Origin: a virus
Strand: one strand, 5' to 3'
Virus record (IMG/VR): IMGVR_UViG_3300045988_134547
Span: 1 to 49,846 of that record
DNA: 49,846 bases
Position 1 is the stretch's first letter. Each line of letters opens with the position of its first letter. Positions 22,272 through 31,814 of the stretch are shown one piece after another. Under the pieces are notes generated by a model. The model saw nothing but the letters and a program-made list of their open reading frames with translations, was not told the origin of the DNA and did not search any database. The position numbers were made by a program, and so were the translations under genes.

Positions 22272-22982
22272 TTACTGCGGGGCGCCGGTGCTTGAATTTC
22301 CGCTTTGGACGCCTGTGTGCGTGTGGCTGGTGAGGCTGATGCCCTTCGCATTTACATCACCTGTGAATGTTGCATCAGCGCCGCCAGAGCCACCGCCGGA
22401 AATCGGACCGTTCAAGTTGATCTGAGCAGAGTTAACTGTGAAACTGGTGCTTGCATTGACCTCACACTCCGGGGATTCAATCGTGATCTTTGTCGGAGCT
22501 TTAATTTTGATAGTTCCTTCGTCTTCTAAATGAATGAAGACTTCCGGAGCTTTTCCCCAGAATCCTCCGATATAGAACGAATCGGACGGATCAAATTTTC
22601 GATAAGTTGCAGGAACCTTTGGAGTCGTGCTGCCGTTGATGTTTGAAATATCATGCTTTGCTACAACTGCCAGCCCAATGTCTCCGACCTTAGGATCACA
22701 GATAATCGCGGCTTTGCCATGCTGCAAACGAAAATACGGAAGCTTTGGAATAGTAGTCACTTCCAAACCGTCTCCCGAATTGTTTCTTGGCTGGAGAAGT
22801 GGCTTGACCGTAACATATCCGGCGCCGGCATCTTCTCCTTTACGTTCCACTGCCGTCACAACAACAGGCAAGGAGGTACTTACCACTTGAGAGATCAGCG
22901 AACGAATAAAAAACTCCATCGAGTTCAACGGATTGCTGGAGGCGAAGTTGTCATAGTTCGCACTAAGTTCTTTGTCTGACAT
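22272..22982 (-). CDS. Baseplate central spike (P2 gpV / Mu gp45-like)
   Basis: N-terminal OB-like part. The C-terminal part ...GISLTSHTHTGVQSGNSSTGAPQ is typical of gpV/gp45 spikes. Confidence 0.75.
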   Translation of the reverse strand: MSDKELSANYDNFASSNPLNSMEFFIRSLISQVVSTSLPVVVTAVERKGEDAGAGYVTVKPLLQPRNNSGDGLEVTTIPKLPYFRLQHGKAAIICDPKVGDIGLAVVAKHDISNINGSTTPKVPATYRKFDPSDSFYIGGFWGKAPEVFIHLEDEGTIKIKAPTKITIESPECEVNASTSFTVNSAQINLNGPISGGGSGGADATFTGDVNAKGISLTSHTHTGVQSGNSSTGAPQ

Positions 22983-23831
22983 TTACCACCTCGGATAAAT
23001 TCCGGAGATTGAAGTTTTCCAAGAACCTCCGGCCGGATCATTCGCACTCAATTCATGTTTGAGGGAGACGATCTTCCAAGTTCCGGAAGCATGAGGGACG
23101 ATTGATTCCAGTTTGAAATTCGCTCCGATCCTCAACTCCGGACGGAAAAAGCATGAGACGTTGATCCCATTGTTCGAGAATGTCGGATAACCAATCATGC
23201 CGTTGGAGGAGTTAATCAATGGCAATTCGCCCTGTGTCTTCCGGCTCCCCTTCTTCGGCATGAGAACAACTTTCTCATCATCAAACAAGAGATTTGCACC
23301 AACTGCATCAGCAATTCGACGCATTTTTGTCACTGGGTCCCCGTTGATAATGCAATCTCGGATTGAAGCTGTAACTTCATTGTTTTCCAAGACGTATCCA
23401 ACTTCATTTGAAATCTGCTCAATCAAGCCAGAAACTGTTTGGTTACCTGTGACAGAAATCGGAGGCTGTGGAATTAAAGCGGGAAAAAGACCACAATTTG
23501 CCTCGATTTTGAACACCGGACTCGGAGCTGTATTGAAATCCGCCCAAGCATTGATGATCTCGCCTTTGAAAATAACTGATAAGGTCTTCCCTTTCTGACC
23601 TGCGGAAATATTGATTTTGTTCCGCTTCAAAGAAAAGGACTTAAAGCCGAGATGCGTCAGCCGCTCCATTGTGTTCAGAGACAACCCTTTCAAGACAACT
23701 GAAGCTTTTGGATATGCCGGACAACCTGATTTATCAATAGAGACAGACACAGCAAAGTCTTTAAAAGTGATTGCTTCTTGTCCGTCCATAGCGACCGTTA
23801 CAGCAATGTCTTTCTGCGTGTATAGCACCAT
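22983..23831 (-). CDS. Baseplate hub protein (gpD / Mu gp44-like position)
   Basis: 282 aa, immediately upstream of the spike. Confidence 0.6.
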   Translation of the reverse strand: MVLYTQKDIAVTVAMDGQEAITFKDFAVSVSIDKSGCPAYPKASVVLKGLSLNTMERLTHLGFKSFSLKRNKINISAGQKGKTLSVIFKGEIINAWADFNTAPSPVFKIEANCGLFPALIPQPPISVTGNQTVSGLIEQISNEVGYVLENNEVTASIRDCIINGDPVTKMRRIADAVGANLLFDDEKVVLMPKKGSRKTQGELPLINSSNGMIGYPTFSNNGINVSCFFRPELRIGANFKLESIVPHASGTWKIVSLKHELSANDPAGGSWKTSISGIYPRW

Positions 23832-24132
23832 TTAAAACCTCGTTCTCGCTTGCGTACACAAGGATCCAGCGGTCGTTTAATCCTTCATATTGCGGATCTG
23901 AATTGCCCAGAGTGTCGATCATTCTGAGTTTGCCTTTGAAGTTCGGCGAAGGATAAGTATTGATGTCGGTTCCCACGCAAACCTTGCGGCCTTTAAATAT
24001 CTCGACTTCTTCGCATGTCAGATTGCAGTACATGTGCTCGGCCACCTGCCTCAGGCTGATGACACAATTCTGACCGTCCAACACGACAGAAAACTCTTGC
24101 CACGGCAGAGCTGAAATATTGATTTGGATCAT
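23761..24132 (-). CDS. Tail/baseplate assembly protein, unknown
   Basis: ATG at 24132 with a GGTGG SD. Its 3' end overlaps the next gene. Confidence 0.45.
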   Translation of the reverse strand: MIQINISALPWQEFSVVLDGQNCVISLRQVAEHMYCNLTCEEVEIFKGRKVCVGTDINTYPSPNFKGKLRMIDTLGNSDPQYEGLNDRWILVYASENEVLNGAIHAERHCCNGRYGRTRSNHF

Positions 24133-24170
24133 GTTCCACCACCATTGCAACCAGATGGTTAAAAAGGTTT

Positions 24171-24704
24171 CTACTTGCCGAGGCCTCCAGCCCATTTGAT
24201 CAAGCTTTGGGCCATCGTTGGTTTTGTTTGGGCCTGCCCTGTGTTTACCTTGACTGCAGAAGTGGATCGTTTTGGCGAATACGCGATTTTCTGCTGATTC
24301 AGATTGACCGTGATGATCTCAACAAAAGAGGCATGAATCGACAACATGCAGGCATTGGAAGTCTGGGTTCGGGAGAAGTCATAGTGCTCCAGAGCCATAT
24401 TCCGCCAGATTTTTGCCGGAGAAAAAATAGTACAAGTGTCTGTACTGTTCATCCTCCGGTCTAACATTGCGAGGGCCAAAACCTGAACGGCATAACTTCC
24501 GTTGAACAAAAATTCGACGTTTACCCGCTCAGGCTCCCGCACAATGTTGTAAGCGGCCAATTGACCCTTTTCGATCGGTTCAGTCGGAATCCGAGAACTC
24601 TGGTCTGCGTCAACTGCAGCAATCGAAACGTAGGGAATAAACGGAAGCAGGTTGTTTCCAACGACTGCCCACGACAATCCCATGATTGAATTTATAGACG
24701 CCAT
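24171..24704 (-). CDS. Tail protein downstream of the tape measure, unknown
   Basis: 177 aa; its start overlaps the TMP stop. Confidence 0.5.
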   Translation of the reverse strand: MASINSIMGLSWAVVGNNLLPFIPYVSIAAVDADQSSRIPTEPIEKGQLAAYNIVREPERVNVEFLFNGSYAVQVLALAMLDRRMNSTDTCTIFSPAKIWRNMALEHYDFSRTQTSNACMLSIHASFVEIITVNLNQQKIAYSPKRSTSAVKVNTGQAQTKPTMAQSLIKWAGGLGK

Positions 24705-26401
24705 CAGAACTCAACCCCCGAAGCGGCGTTATTCAACATGTCTGTTGACCCTTGCATGGCCTGAGAGACACCTTGATTAACTCCTTGAATAACTTGTTCC
24801 TTGTCCGGATTTCCGTTGAAATTGACTACAGTCTGGTTAGAAATCGGAGAGTTTATGTTTGTCGTTCTGCCTTTTTCTTTGACGACTCCTCCGGCATTTC
24901 CGGCAGTAGCCCCAGCCGGTGCCACCACAGCCTTCTTCTTGTCATCACTTCCGAACCAGTTCATGGGATTAACCCACGAAGGCATTTCAAAGTTTGTGAT
25001 GTCTGACAGTGCACTGGAGATCCAGTCAACGATCGGCTGAATGCTGCTTTTGATAGATTCAAAGGCACCAACAAACTTATCCCTTAATCCGGATACAGAG
25101 TTGATGACCTTCGCGATAACCTCAGCAACCTTCCCTATCGTCAGAACGATTGTCTCAACAGCTACCTTGATGACAGATCCGAAAGCCTGCAGGAAAAGAT
25201 CTCCGACAGGCTTTAGGGCGTCCATCAGATCTTGGATGGCTTTCCACGCATCTTGGAAGCTTTTACGAAGCTCCTTGATTTCATCATCAGACGTGCCCAT
25301 TGATCTGAGCAGGTCTTCAAACGCGCTTGGTCCGCCTTTTGCAAAACTTATTAGGTCATCTAATGCAAGGGCTAAAGCAACAATGCCGGCAACAACCAAC
25401 CCAACAGGACTGGCTAATAAACCTAAGGCCTTTCCTCCCAGCATTAACGCCGACTTCGGGCCTAAAGCTATTGCCGCGGCTCCCGCAACCAATTCCAGTG
25501 CTATTTTGATGAATTCACTATGTTGCGCAACAAAGTCCGTGAACTCACCAAATTTTTTCATCCCCTTATCGACGTACGGAAGAAACACCTTGGCAACCTG
25601 ATTGCCGAGGTTCTTCATCGACATGGTTGTGATTTCCCATTGGATTTTGAACCGTCTGGCGTTTTCCGCGTCTTTAGGAGACAGTGCCATTTGCCGGTAC
25701 TTCCCAACAAGCTCGTTCATTTGCTTGTTGTTCTGAAGAAATACCGCAGCACTTTCCCGGGTAAGACCGAGATACTTCAGGGCATAGTTGGCCTGAGCAT
25801 CGTTCATGCCATTGAGCTGTTTTCCCATGCGCAGAAAAACAGAGGCACTGGCGCCGGTGCGATCGGTGAACGATTTGAGCGCATTAGTGAACGCATCTGC
25901 AGAACCTCCCGCAGCCACGTTCGCTTTTCTCCAAGCATCCAGCTCAGAGACATTCATCCGGACTTCTTTTGAGAGCTTGTCTAACTTATCGCCCTCATCA
26001 ATGAAGTTTGTGAACATCATCTTGGCGCCGAACATGGCCGCCAAGGGACCGGCATATCCCTTTATCGCTGAGAAGACCTTTGAGGCCATTGAGTCGAGTT
26101 TTTGCAGGGCCTGAGATCCCTGTTTCGCTCCCTTCTCAATGTCTTTTCCAGCCTTTTGACCTGCTTGAGAAGCTTGCCTCATTGAAGAAGTAGCAGCATC
26201 AGAATTATTTTTGACTGATTCGACTGCCGCAGCTGTTTGATCGCCAATCGGATTGCCAAGAAGTTCATCAAGATTGTCTCCGGCATCCGCAGACTTTTTG
26301 ATCAAGAAATCGATCTTCTTTGAGAGGCTATCGAAAAACTCAATGATCCCATCGGCATTTAAACCAATGTCGATTAACAGACTGTCAGTTGTTTTTGCCA
26401 T
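24704..26401 (-). CDS. Tail tape measure protein
   Basis: 565 aa, helical and Ala/Gly/Lys-rich with a hydrophobic central segment. It follows the G/GT chaperone. Confidence 0.85.
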   Translation of the reverse strand: MAKTTDSLLIDIGLNADGIIEFFDSLSKKIDFLIKKSADAGDNLDELLGNPIGDQTAAAVESVKNNSDAATSSMRQASQAGQKAGKDIEKGAKQGSQALQKLDSMASKVFSAIKGYAGPLAAMFGAKMMFTNFIDEGDKLDKLSKEVRMNVSELDAWRKANVAAGGSADAFTNALKSFTDRTGASASVFLRMGKQLNGMNDAQANYALKYLGLTRESAAVFLQNNKQMNELVGKYRQMALSPKDAENARRFKIQWEITTMSMKNLGNQVAKVFLPYVDKGMKKFGEFTDFVAQHSEFIKIALELVAGAAAIALGPKSALMLGGKALGLLASPVGLVVAGIVALALALDDLISFAKGGPSAFEDLLRSMGTSDDEIKELRKSFQDAWKAIQDLMDALKPVGDLFLQAFGSVIKVAVETIVLTIGKVAEVIAKVINSVSGLRDKFVGAFESIKSSIQPIVDWISSALSDITNFEMPSWVNPMNWFGSDDKKKAVVAPAGATAGNAGGVVKEKGRTTNINSPISNQTVVNFNGNPDKEQVIQGVNQGVSQAMQGSTDMLNNAASGVEF

Positions 26402-26404
26402 TTT

Positions 26405-26647
26405 CTAATCCGATTTATTTGCAAGCCACGCGTTGTAGTTTTTGACTAGAAGGATCTCATCGAGCTGGTACGCTTCTTCAAGCGTGATCGTTGTCTGCAA
26501 CTCCGTGAGGGTTGCCATTCCTCCGGATATAAGCCGGGAGAACAAAGGCGGGAAGTTGCTAACTTGGGCAACTCCCCGAACCTTCGCGCAATCTGCTAGG
26601 AACTCGGCTCTGCGTGGGAGAACAGTTTCCCGAAATTTTGAAAAAAA
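26405..26647 (-). CDS. -1 frame extension of the tail assembly chaperone (T part of the G-T fusion)
   Basis: After a -1 slip the frame reads SKFRETVLPRRAEFLADCAKVRGVAQ...LVKNYNAWLANKSD. It stops at a TAG 3 nt before the TMP ATG. Confidence 0.65.
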   Translation of the reverse strand, partial: FFSKFRETVLPRRAEFLADCAKVRGVAQVSNFPPLFSRLISGGMATLTELQTTITLEEAYQLDEILLVKNYNAWLANKSD

Positions 26648-26994
26648 CTGAAGTTCACCTTCAGGGATTCCACACGAAGGCGGATCAAAGTCATCGGGTT
26701 ACTAATGTAGCCGTCGGCATCGTCATACGAAAATTGACGCTCATTGTTGCCATCAACCTTGTAGACACAAGTCAGAAGCTCATCTAGGAGGGCCTTCGCT
26801 TCCATGTGAGGGACGGATGCCAGCGCCCTGATAATTTCTTTATACGAAACAGAGGCGTCTAAATCGAGGTTTTTCCCTGTCAAGAGGAGAATCCGGATTA
26901 AGAGGTCTTCTGATTTCGTTGCTGGGAACGGGTAAATTTTGAACGTCAGCTGCTTATCGCCGTCTGTCGTTTTGAAGATAACTGGCTCTCTCAT
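26596..26994 (-). CDS. Tail assembly chaperone (gpG-like)
   Basis: 132 aa, between the tube and the tape measure; contains the slippery site. Confidence 0.75.
   Translation of the reverse strand: MREPVIFKTTDGDKQLTFKIYPFPATKSEDLLIRILLLTGKNLDLDASVSYKEIIRALASVPHMEAKALLDELLTCVYKVDGNNERQFSYDDADGYISNPMTLIRLRVESLKVNFSFFQNFGKLFSHAEPSS
26641..26647 (-). promoter_or_regulatory. Slippery heptamer T_TTT_TTT for programmed -1 ribosomal frameshifting
   Basis: AGT TTT TTT CAA in the zero frame of the chaperone, 45 nt before its stop. Confidence 0.65.
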
Positions 26995-27432
26995 TTAGAT
27001 GCGCTCCATAGACTCGAAGTGGAATACCCAGGTCGTAGCAGCCAAGACTTTATTCAGTCCGGGCATCGGATTTGCTGTCTGCAATACACCGTTGGAGAAC
27101 TGGTAGGTCTTGCCAATTGATGGAATCTTGATTGTCAGATTGCAAACGTAAAGCTGTTTATTTGAACTCATAGCCTCAAACAGCGTTGTAAATGCGGCCG
27201 CTGTCGGGGAGTTTGCTTCAAGCGTGATTGTGACTGGATAAATATTTGGTGTAACGCCGGCGGCCATACGACCGTCAACACCCATTCGAGTCTCGGCAAC
27301 CTGCTGGGAATCGGCAACGATAGCCGCATCTGTGGAGAATCTTTCCAGTTTCAGACCGTTCGGGTAAAGCTCTTCAATCGTCATCACTGCTGACGCATTG
27401 GCGGATGTGATGTCAAAGTTTTGTACGGGCAT
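26995..27432 (-). CDS. Tail tube protein
   Basis: 145 aa, directly after the sheath gene. Confidence 0.7.
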   Translation of the reverse strand: MPVQNFDITSANASAVMTIEELYPNGLKLERFSTDAAIVADSQQVAETRMGVDGRMAAGVTPNIYPVTITLEANSPTAAAFTTLFEAMSSNKQLYVCNLTIKIPSIGKTYQFSNGVLQTANPMPGLNKVLAATTWVFHFESMERI

Positions 27433-27451
27433 TTTTAATCTTTCCTAAATG

Positions 27452-27474
27452 AAAAACCCGCCATCACGACGGGT
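27452..27474 (-). terminator. Hairpin ACCCGTC-gtgat-GGCGGGT followed by TTTT (minus strand)
   Basis: Lies between the sheath stop and the tube RBS. Confidence 0.5.
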
Positions 27475-27496
27475 CTTTGCGGTTGTGAAATTTTGA

Positions 27497-28993
27497 TTAC
27501 ATGACGGCTGTCAAAGGCATCTCAATTCGTTGGATGCTTCCGGCATAGGTGTACCAAAGCCCCAAGCGAGGGCTTCCTCGCTGGGTTCTCACATTTGCCG
27601 ACGGAGATTCAATGAGGTACCAGTAACCCTTCGAATACAGATCCTGTTTGATCGTTGAGTTGTTGGTTTCTGTTAGCAACTGCTGAACCTGCGAGTTAGA
27701 CAGAGCCAATCCTGTATCAATCACGCCATTGCGCTTGGCATCATTGATGGGATCGAGCAACCATGCCTCAACATAAGCAAAGCCGATAGCGTTGTAGGGT
27801 GCGCGATTGATTGCAGCGAACCCGTCCATGATCTGACGCTGAATGCGGGCCTTGAACCAGATCATTCCATACAGAGCGTCAATCCATTGGTAGATTCCGG
27901 AGAGCAGACAGCCACGGTTAATGAAGTCAAACTCTGCATTACGTGTTGCAAATGCGCCGACATAGTTGACCTTGAGATCATCCAGGGCTTCCGCCACTTC
28001 GTCGCTGAGAACGGAAGCCTTAATTCCGGAAGCCGACTTCGCAAACCACGTCTTAATGCCCTGGATAGCGGACCAATCAATAGAAGCGCCAACTGCAAGG
28101 AAGGCCGCGGCATCCTGAGCGGTACCGTAAACAATTGCCAAACAGTTGTAATTGCTTTCAGCTAATTGGGCGGCTTTCGTTGTGGACTGGGTAGATTGAT
28201 CCAGCATCTTTGTGTCTGTGGACCAATCAAAGTACACGTAGTCATCATCAATGTCAGCCCAAGCCGCTAAAGCAGAAGCCTCAGCCACCTCTGTTGCATA
28301 AAGAGTTGTGAATCCGACCCAGTTACGAGAAACGGAAGTCACAAGATTCATGTTTTGAGCAGGTGTCAGAGCATCGGAACCTTGAGAGAGAACGGCTCCG
28401 GAATCCGCCGTCAGTCCGAGCAATGCAGATACATCCGTTCCAGTGGTCGCCTTTGTAGCGAAGGAGATTGAAGCGGTATCGCCTGTCTCTGTAGTGGTCA
28501 GAATGATGGCATTTTGATCAGAGTTAAAGGCGCCGGAAACTGCACCAACTGCAGAAGCCAACTCAGTTGCAACGTCACTGAAAGACTTGGCCGTGGAGAA
28601 GTCGAGGTTCACGACCTCTTTTTCTGTGCCATTGACCGAAATCGTCAGGGAACCGGTCTTAATGGCTGTCAGTTCAGAAAGTTGAGCTGTGATCGGAGCA
28701 GACTTAATCCAAGCGGCGGCATCTGCATTGATTCTGCGGGCTACAAAAAGACGCTGAATCGCTCTCTGCTGATTGTTTACGCCAGAGAAGTACTGGGTAG
28801 CAAAGTCGGCCTCAGGAGACTCCGCACCAAAATAATTCCCGACAGCGGCAGCGGTCACAAATTCCAGTGCCGGAGAATCTGCAGGAATCAGAGCATTCTG
28901 GGTCAGCAGCAGACCATTTGTTTCAAGATCGGCGCTCCCAGCTCCAATGATGCGAGGGGTGATAGAAACCAATCGATTAGCATTGATTGACAT
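27497..28993 (-). CDS. Contractile tail sheath protein
   Basis: 498 aa from the ATG at 28993 (SD GAGG). The size and the position before the tube gene support the call. Confidence 0.8.
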   Translation of the reverse strand: MSINANRLVSITPRIIGAGSADLETNGLLLTQNALIPADSPALEFVTAAAVGNYFGAESPEADFATQYFSGVNNQQRAIQRLFVARRINADAAAWIKSAPITAQLSELTAIKTGSLTISVNGTEKEVVNLDFSTAKSFSDVATELASAVGAVSGAFNSDQNAIILTTTETGDTASISFATKATTGTDVSALLGLTADSGAVLSQGSDALTPAQNMNLVTSVSRNWVGFTTLYATEVAEASALAAWADIDDDYVYFDWSTDTKMLDQSTQSTTKAAQLAESNYNCLAIVYGTAQDAAAFLAVGASIDWSAIQGIKTWFAKSASGIKASVLSDEVAEALDDLKVNYVGAFATRNAEFDFINRGCLLSGIYQWIDALYGMIWFKARIQRQIMDGFAAINRAPYNAIGFAYVEAWLLDPINDAKRNGVIDTGLALSNSQVQQLLTETNNSTIKQDLYSKGYWYLIESPSANVRTQRGSPRLGLWYTYAGSIQRIEMPLTAVM

Positions 28994-29005
28994 ATTTTTC
29001 CTCAA

Positions 29006-29028
29006 AATAAAAAAGCGCCAGATGGCGC
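29006..29028 (-). terminator. Hairpin GCGCC-atct-GGCGC followed by TTTTTTATTTT (minus strand)
   Basis: Lies immediately upstream of the sheath RBS. Confidence 0.5.
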
Positions 29029-29075
29029 CGACGATAATTTTTATGGAGCGGCTATGAGCCACACCAGAAACTCAT

Positions 29076-29225
29076 TTATTTGAAAATATCCTTTACAGCC
29101 TTAATCGCTTTCGCAATCACCCAAACTGCGAGCCCGTAACCGATTAGGTAAACAGGAAGAGCTGCATACAAAGGAACGGCAGTGACCATGGTTAGGGCCT
29201 CCGCTAGGTCGTGTAAAATGTTCAT
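29076..29225 (-). CDS. Small membrane protein (49 aa; below the ORF-track cutoff)
   Basis: Read by hand: MNILHDLAEALTMVTAVPLYAALPVYLIGYGLAVWVIAKAIKAVKDIFK. The SD is weak. Confidence 0.35.
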   Translation of the reverse strand: MNILHDLAEALTMVTAVPLYAALPVYLIGYGLAVWVIAKAIKAVKDIFK

Positions 29226-29472
29226 ATTGACTGATTCCCTTGCAATCAGTTAACTCAAACCCCGCTCAGCTACCAACTGATCGGGGCTATTTTTTCTCTA
29301 AAAGACTACAAACTATTGTCTTTAGGCTTATCTGTTGTTAAAATCACACCTAGATTTTTCAGGCGGCCTGAGGGAAGTCGGTCCTTGACCTTCCTAGAGG
29401 GCCTGAAATTAAAAACCCGATGAACTCTAGCTCTGTGAAGACCATCACCTAGATAAGTCGGGTTTTCTGTTT

Positions 29473-30243
29473 TCAACTCCGGATTCCTACAATCTCATAA
29501 CTTTCCGGAACGAATTCATCTTTTGCGTGCTTGATAGGAATCACCGAGTGTTTCTGTTTCTTGGTAAACCCTTGGTTCCTTGAGTTTCCGACATTGTAAA
29601 TCTGTTTTTCTTTATCCTTTGGTGTGTCCTTCTTTCGGCTTATATCGACACCAAACACGACCTCCCTACCTTGATAGGGAAGTTTTTTATAAATCGTTAT
29701 GAAATCACGGTCTTCATGATGGGCTGGATCGTTAGACCATTTTGTCCTAACGCCATCAGAAAGAATCGTCTCGAGATTTGACATTCCATACAGCTGACGT
29801 TTGGCAATTTCTTTTCTCTTTTTAGGATTCGTCTTACCCTCTCCTGTATAGAGGTACTTCCCACTCTCGTCAACGAAGCTTTTTCCAAGGATCACTTTGC
29901 CCATCCCAATACCGGGAAGACTGACAGAATATGAACCCTTTAAAGACTGAGCTGCTTCTTTGAGAACTGCTCTGGGACTTTTTCCTCCGTCAAGGTCTCG
30001 AGTGAAATCATCCAATTTAAATTTTTGATTTTTTTGAGCCTGTCGTTCTATCTTTTCCCCTACTTTCCCTTCTAACTTTCCTGACTTACCAACAGGAATA
30101 TGGGTGCCCTTGGACGTTATCCACTCTTCCGGATCTTTTTCTGCATCCCTTGCTTTTCCAAGATCTGCATAGGTCCTTCCCAATCCGTACATCATTCCTA
30201 GTTTGAATGCACGCCCAAGTTTGAAAGCAAGTTGCTCATTCAT
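29473..30243 (-). CDS. Lys-rich protein of unknown function between the neck and sheath genes
   Basis: 256 aa. The motif EEWITSKGTHIPVGKSGKLEG and a basic C-terminal domain (WSNDPAHHEDRDFITIYKK...) are reminiscent of domains of phage polyvalent or virion-delivered proteins. Confidence 0.5.
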   Translation of the reverse strand: MNEQLAFKLGRAFKLGMMYGLGRTYADLGKARDAEKDPEEWITSKGTHIPVGKSGKLEGKVGEKIERQAQKNQKFKLDDFTRDLDGGKSPRAVLKEAAQSLKGSYSVSLPGIGMGKVILGKSFVDESGKYLYTGEGKTNPKKRKEIAKRQLYGMSNLETILSDGVRTKWSNDPAHHEDRDFITIYKKLPYQGREVVFGVDISRKKDTPKDKEKQIYNVGNSRNQGFTKKQKHSVIPIKHAKDEFVPESYEIVGIRS

Positions 30244-30818
30244 TCCTTTTCCTTCGGTGGGTAGCTCACATCAACGTTTTTTAGGTCAACATCAACCGCA
30301 CTAAAGAATCCCATCGAAACTTTGATCTGGCTCTGCATGCTGAGGTGAATCATCAGCGTGGATCTCCTGACATAGTTGTCAGAGTCCCCGACGATAGTTG
30401 TGTCTCTTGGGTCGTCTGCATGAAGAAGACTTATTCCTCTGTCAACAAAGAACTGCACGCCTACTTGAGACCTGCATACAGTCTCCAAGGCCTGAGCCCT
30501 CAGCATGGCATTCATTCCGTCGGAGCCGTTTAAAGTCGATGCATAGCAATCGACCTGAACCAAGACTTCTGTAGTCGTTGAGAGGTAAACATTGTCATCG
30601 GTTTGGTCTTTCGTCCAATCCTCGGCACTCGTCCCGTGTCGGACGCTTGAGATGTAGGAATAGATGACGTAATCGTTCCCCTCAGGAGGCAATGCCAGAT
30701 TGTTCTGATTACCGTAGAAAATGTTTTCCGGCGCCACGTCCGGAACTGCAAATATCTCAAGAAACTCCTGGATCGCTGTCCGGATGTTCGGGGTCAGGTT
30801 TTGTGCTTTCATCTTCAT
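30240..30818 (-). CDS. Neck / tail-terminator-like protein
   Basis: Position in the head-tail joining block; 192 aa. Confidence 0.5.
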   Translation of the reverse strand: MKMKAQNLTPNIRTAIQEFLEIFAVPDVAPENIFYGNQNNLALPPEGNDYVIYSYISSVRHGTSAEDWTKDQTDDNVYLSTTTEVLVQVDCYASTLNGSDGMNAMLRAQALETVCRSQVGVQFFVDRGISLLHADDPRDTTIVGDSDNYVRRSTLMIHLSMQSQIKVSMGFFSAVDVDLKNVDVSYPPKEKE

Positions 30819-31239
30819 CCTCTACGATGTTCAGCTTCTGAGGCGTGGTTTGGAATGTGCAGCGGACCGCTTCCCAACCTGCGTCCGAAAAATCCTCGAT
30901 CACCGCAGTGATCAGCCACTGACCTCCCTTGGAGTCTTCGACATAATCTCCCGACCTTGCTAAGGGCCTATAGATTGCCCAAGGCCGCTCCTTCTGGTCG
31001 CTCGATGCGTAGAGGTACAGGCGCCGGATAATGGTGTTCTGTCCGGCTAAGTTGGCATGATCCAACGCACTATCGCCTTCGCTTTGAAAATTCCCTTGGA
31101 TCTCCTCTGCTGGTGCGTAATACGCTTGGACAATCCCTCCTACATTCTTTTGGCCGACCGATCGATACAGCTTAAAAGTCTCGTCCGCGTAGTTGGCGTT
31201 AATTGCCTGGCGGACAATTGCGTGTAGGTTGAGAGACAT
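30757..31239 (-). CDS. Head-tail joining protein
   Basis: ATG at 31239 overlaps the upstream TAA (TAATG). Its 3' end overlaps the next gene by 62 nt. Confidence 0.5.
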   Translation of the reverse strand: MSLNLHAIVRQAINANYADETFKLYRSVGQKNVGGIVQAYYAPAEEIQGNFQSEGDSALDHANLAGQNTIIRRLYLYASSDQKERPWAIYRPLARSGDYVEDSKGGQWLITAVIEDFSDAGWEAVRCTFQTTPQKLNIVEDEDESTKPDPEHPDSDPGVS

Positions 31240-31814
31240 TAGGAAACCTTCCAAGTTATTGAGCTTTGCAGGACGCCACTCAGCGTTAGAGGCTTTGTAG
31301 TCATCACGTTGTTAGGCGGAGTGCCTTTCCCTTTAGCCTTCTTAGCCTTGTCCATTTCTCCTCTTGCCTGCATCAGTGCCATCGTTAGATCTGATCGTTT
31401 AGGAAATGAACCAGCAGGAATACCTGCTTCTCGAATCGTTTGCTTGATGTCATCGGTAGCCATTTGCCCCATGACTCCTAACGAATGCTTTATGTCGAAA
31501 GTTTTTAGGAAGCGGGACCTAAATTTCTCCTGCCAATCCATTCGTTTTTGAGCGTAGGTGGCTCGCATAAACGGACGCGGAGGCATGTACAGGGTCGTGA
31601 ATTTACTGTTCGGAGGAAGCCCTAGCTGAGCTGACAGATAGTGTCCTTGCTTACTCGTCACTGATTGAGTCCACCCATATTCCAAATACATCCCAATGCT
31701 GGCAATGTCCGGAATCATTATTCCGATCTCAAGCTTTTTATTGGCGTCGGCCTTGAGCTTCTCTGACAGCTTTTTGAAAGCATTGTTAGATGTGATGTTG
31801 ATGCCCATCATCAT
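31239..31814 (-). CDS. Virion morphogenesis / head-tail adaptor protein
   Basis: ATGA overlap with the upstream stop at 31811-31814. The PPRPFM motif is typical of the virion morphogenesis family. Confidence 0.5.
   Translation of the reverse strand: MMMGINITSNNAFKKLSEKLKADANKKLEIGIMIPDIASIGMYLEYGWTQSVTSKQGHYLSAQLGLPPNSKFTTLYMPPRPFMRATYAQKRMDWQEKFRSRFLKTFDIKHSLGVMGQMATDDIKQTIREAGIPAGSFPKRSDLTMALMQARGEMDKAKKAKGKGTPPNNVMTTKPLTLSGVLQSSITWKVS

Noticed and set aside
24752-26114. Multiple plus-strand ORFs (up to 186 aa) antisense to the tape measure gene
   Set aside because: They have antisense-frame composition (Ser/Pro/Arg/Leu-rich) and no SDs. They are fully contained in a gene with a clear function and context.
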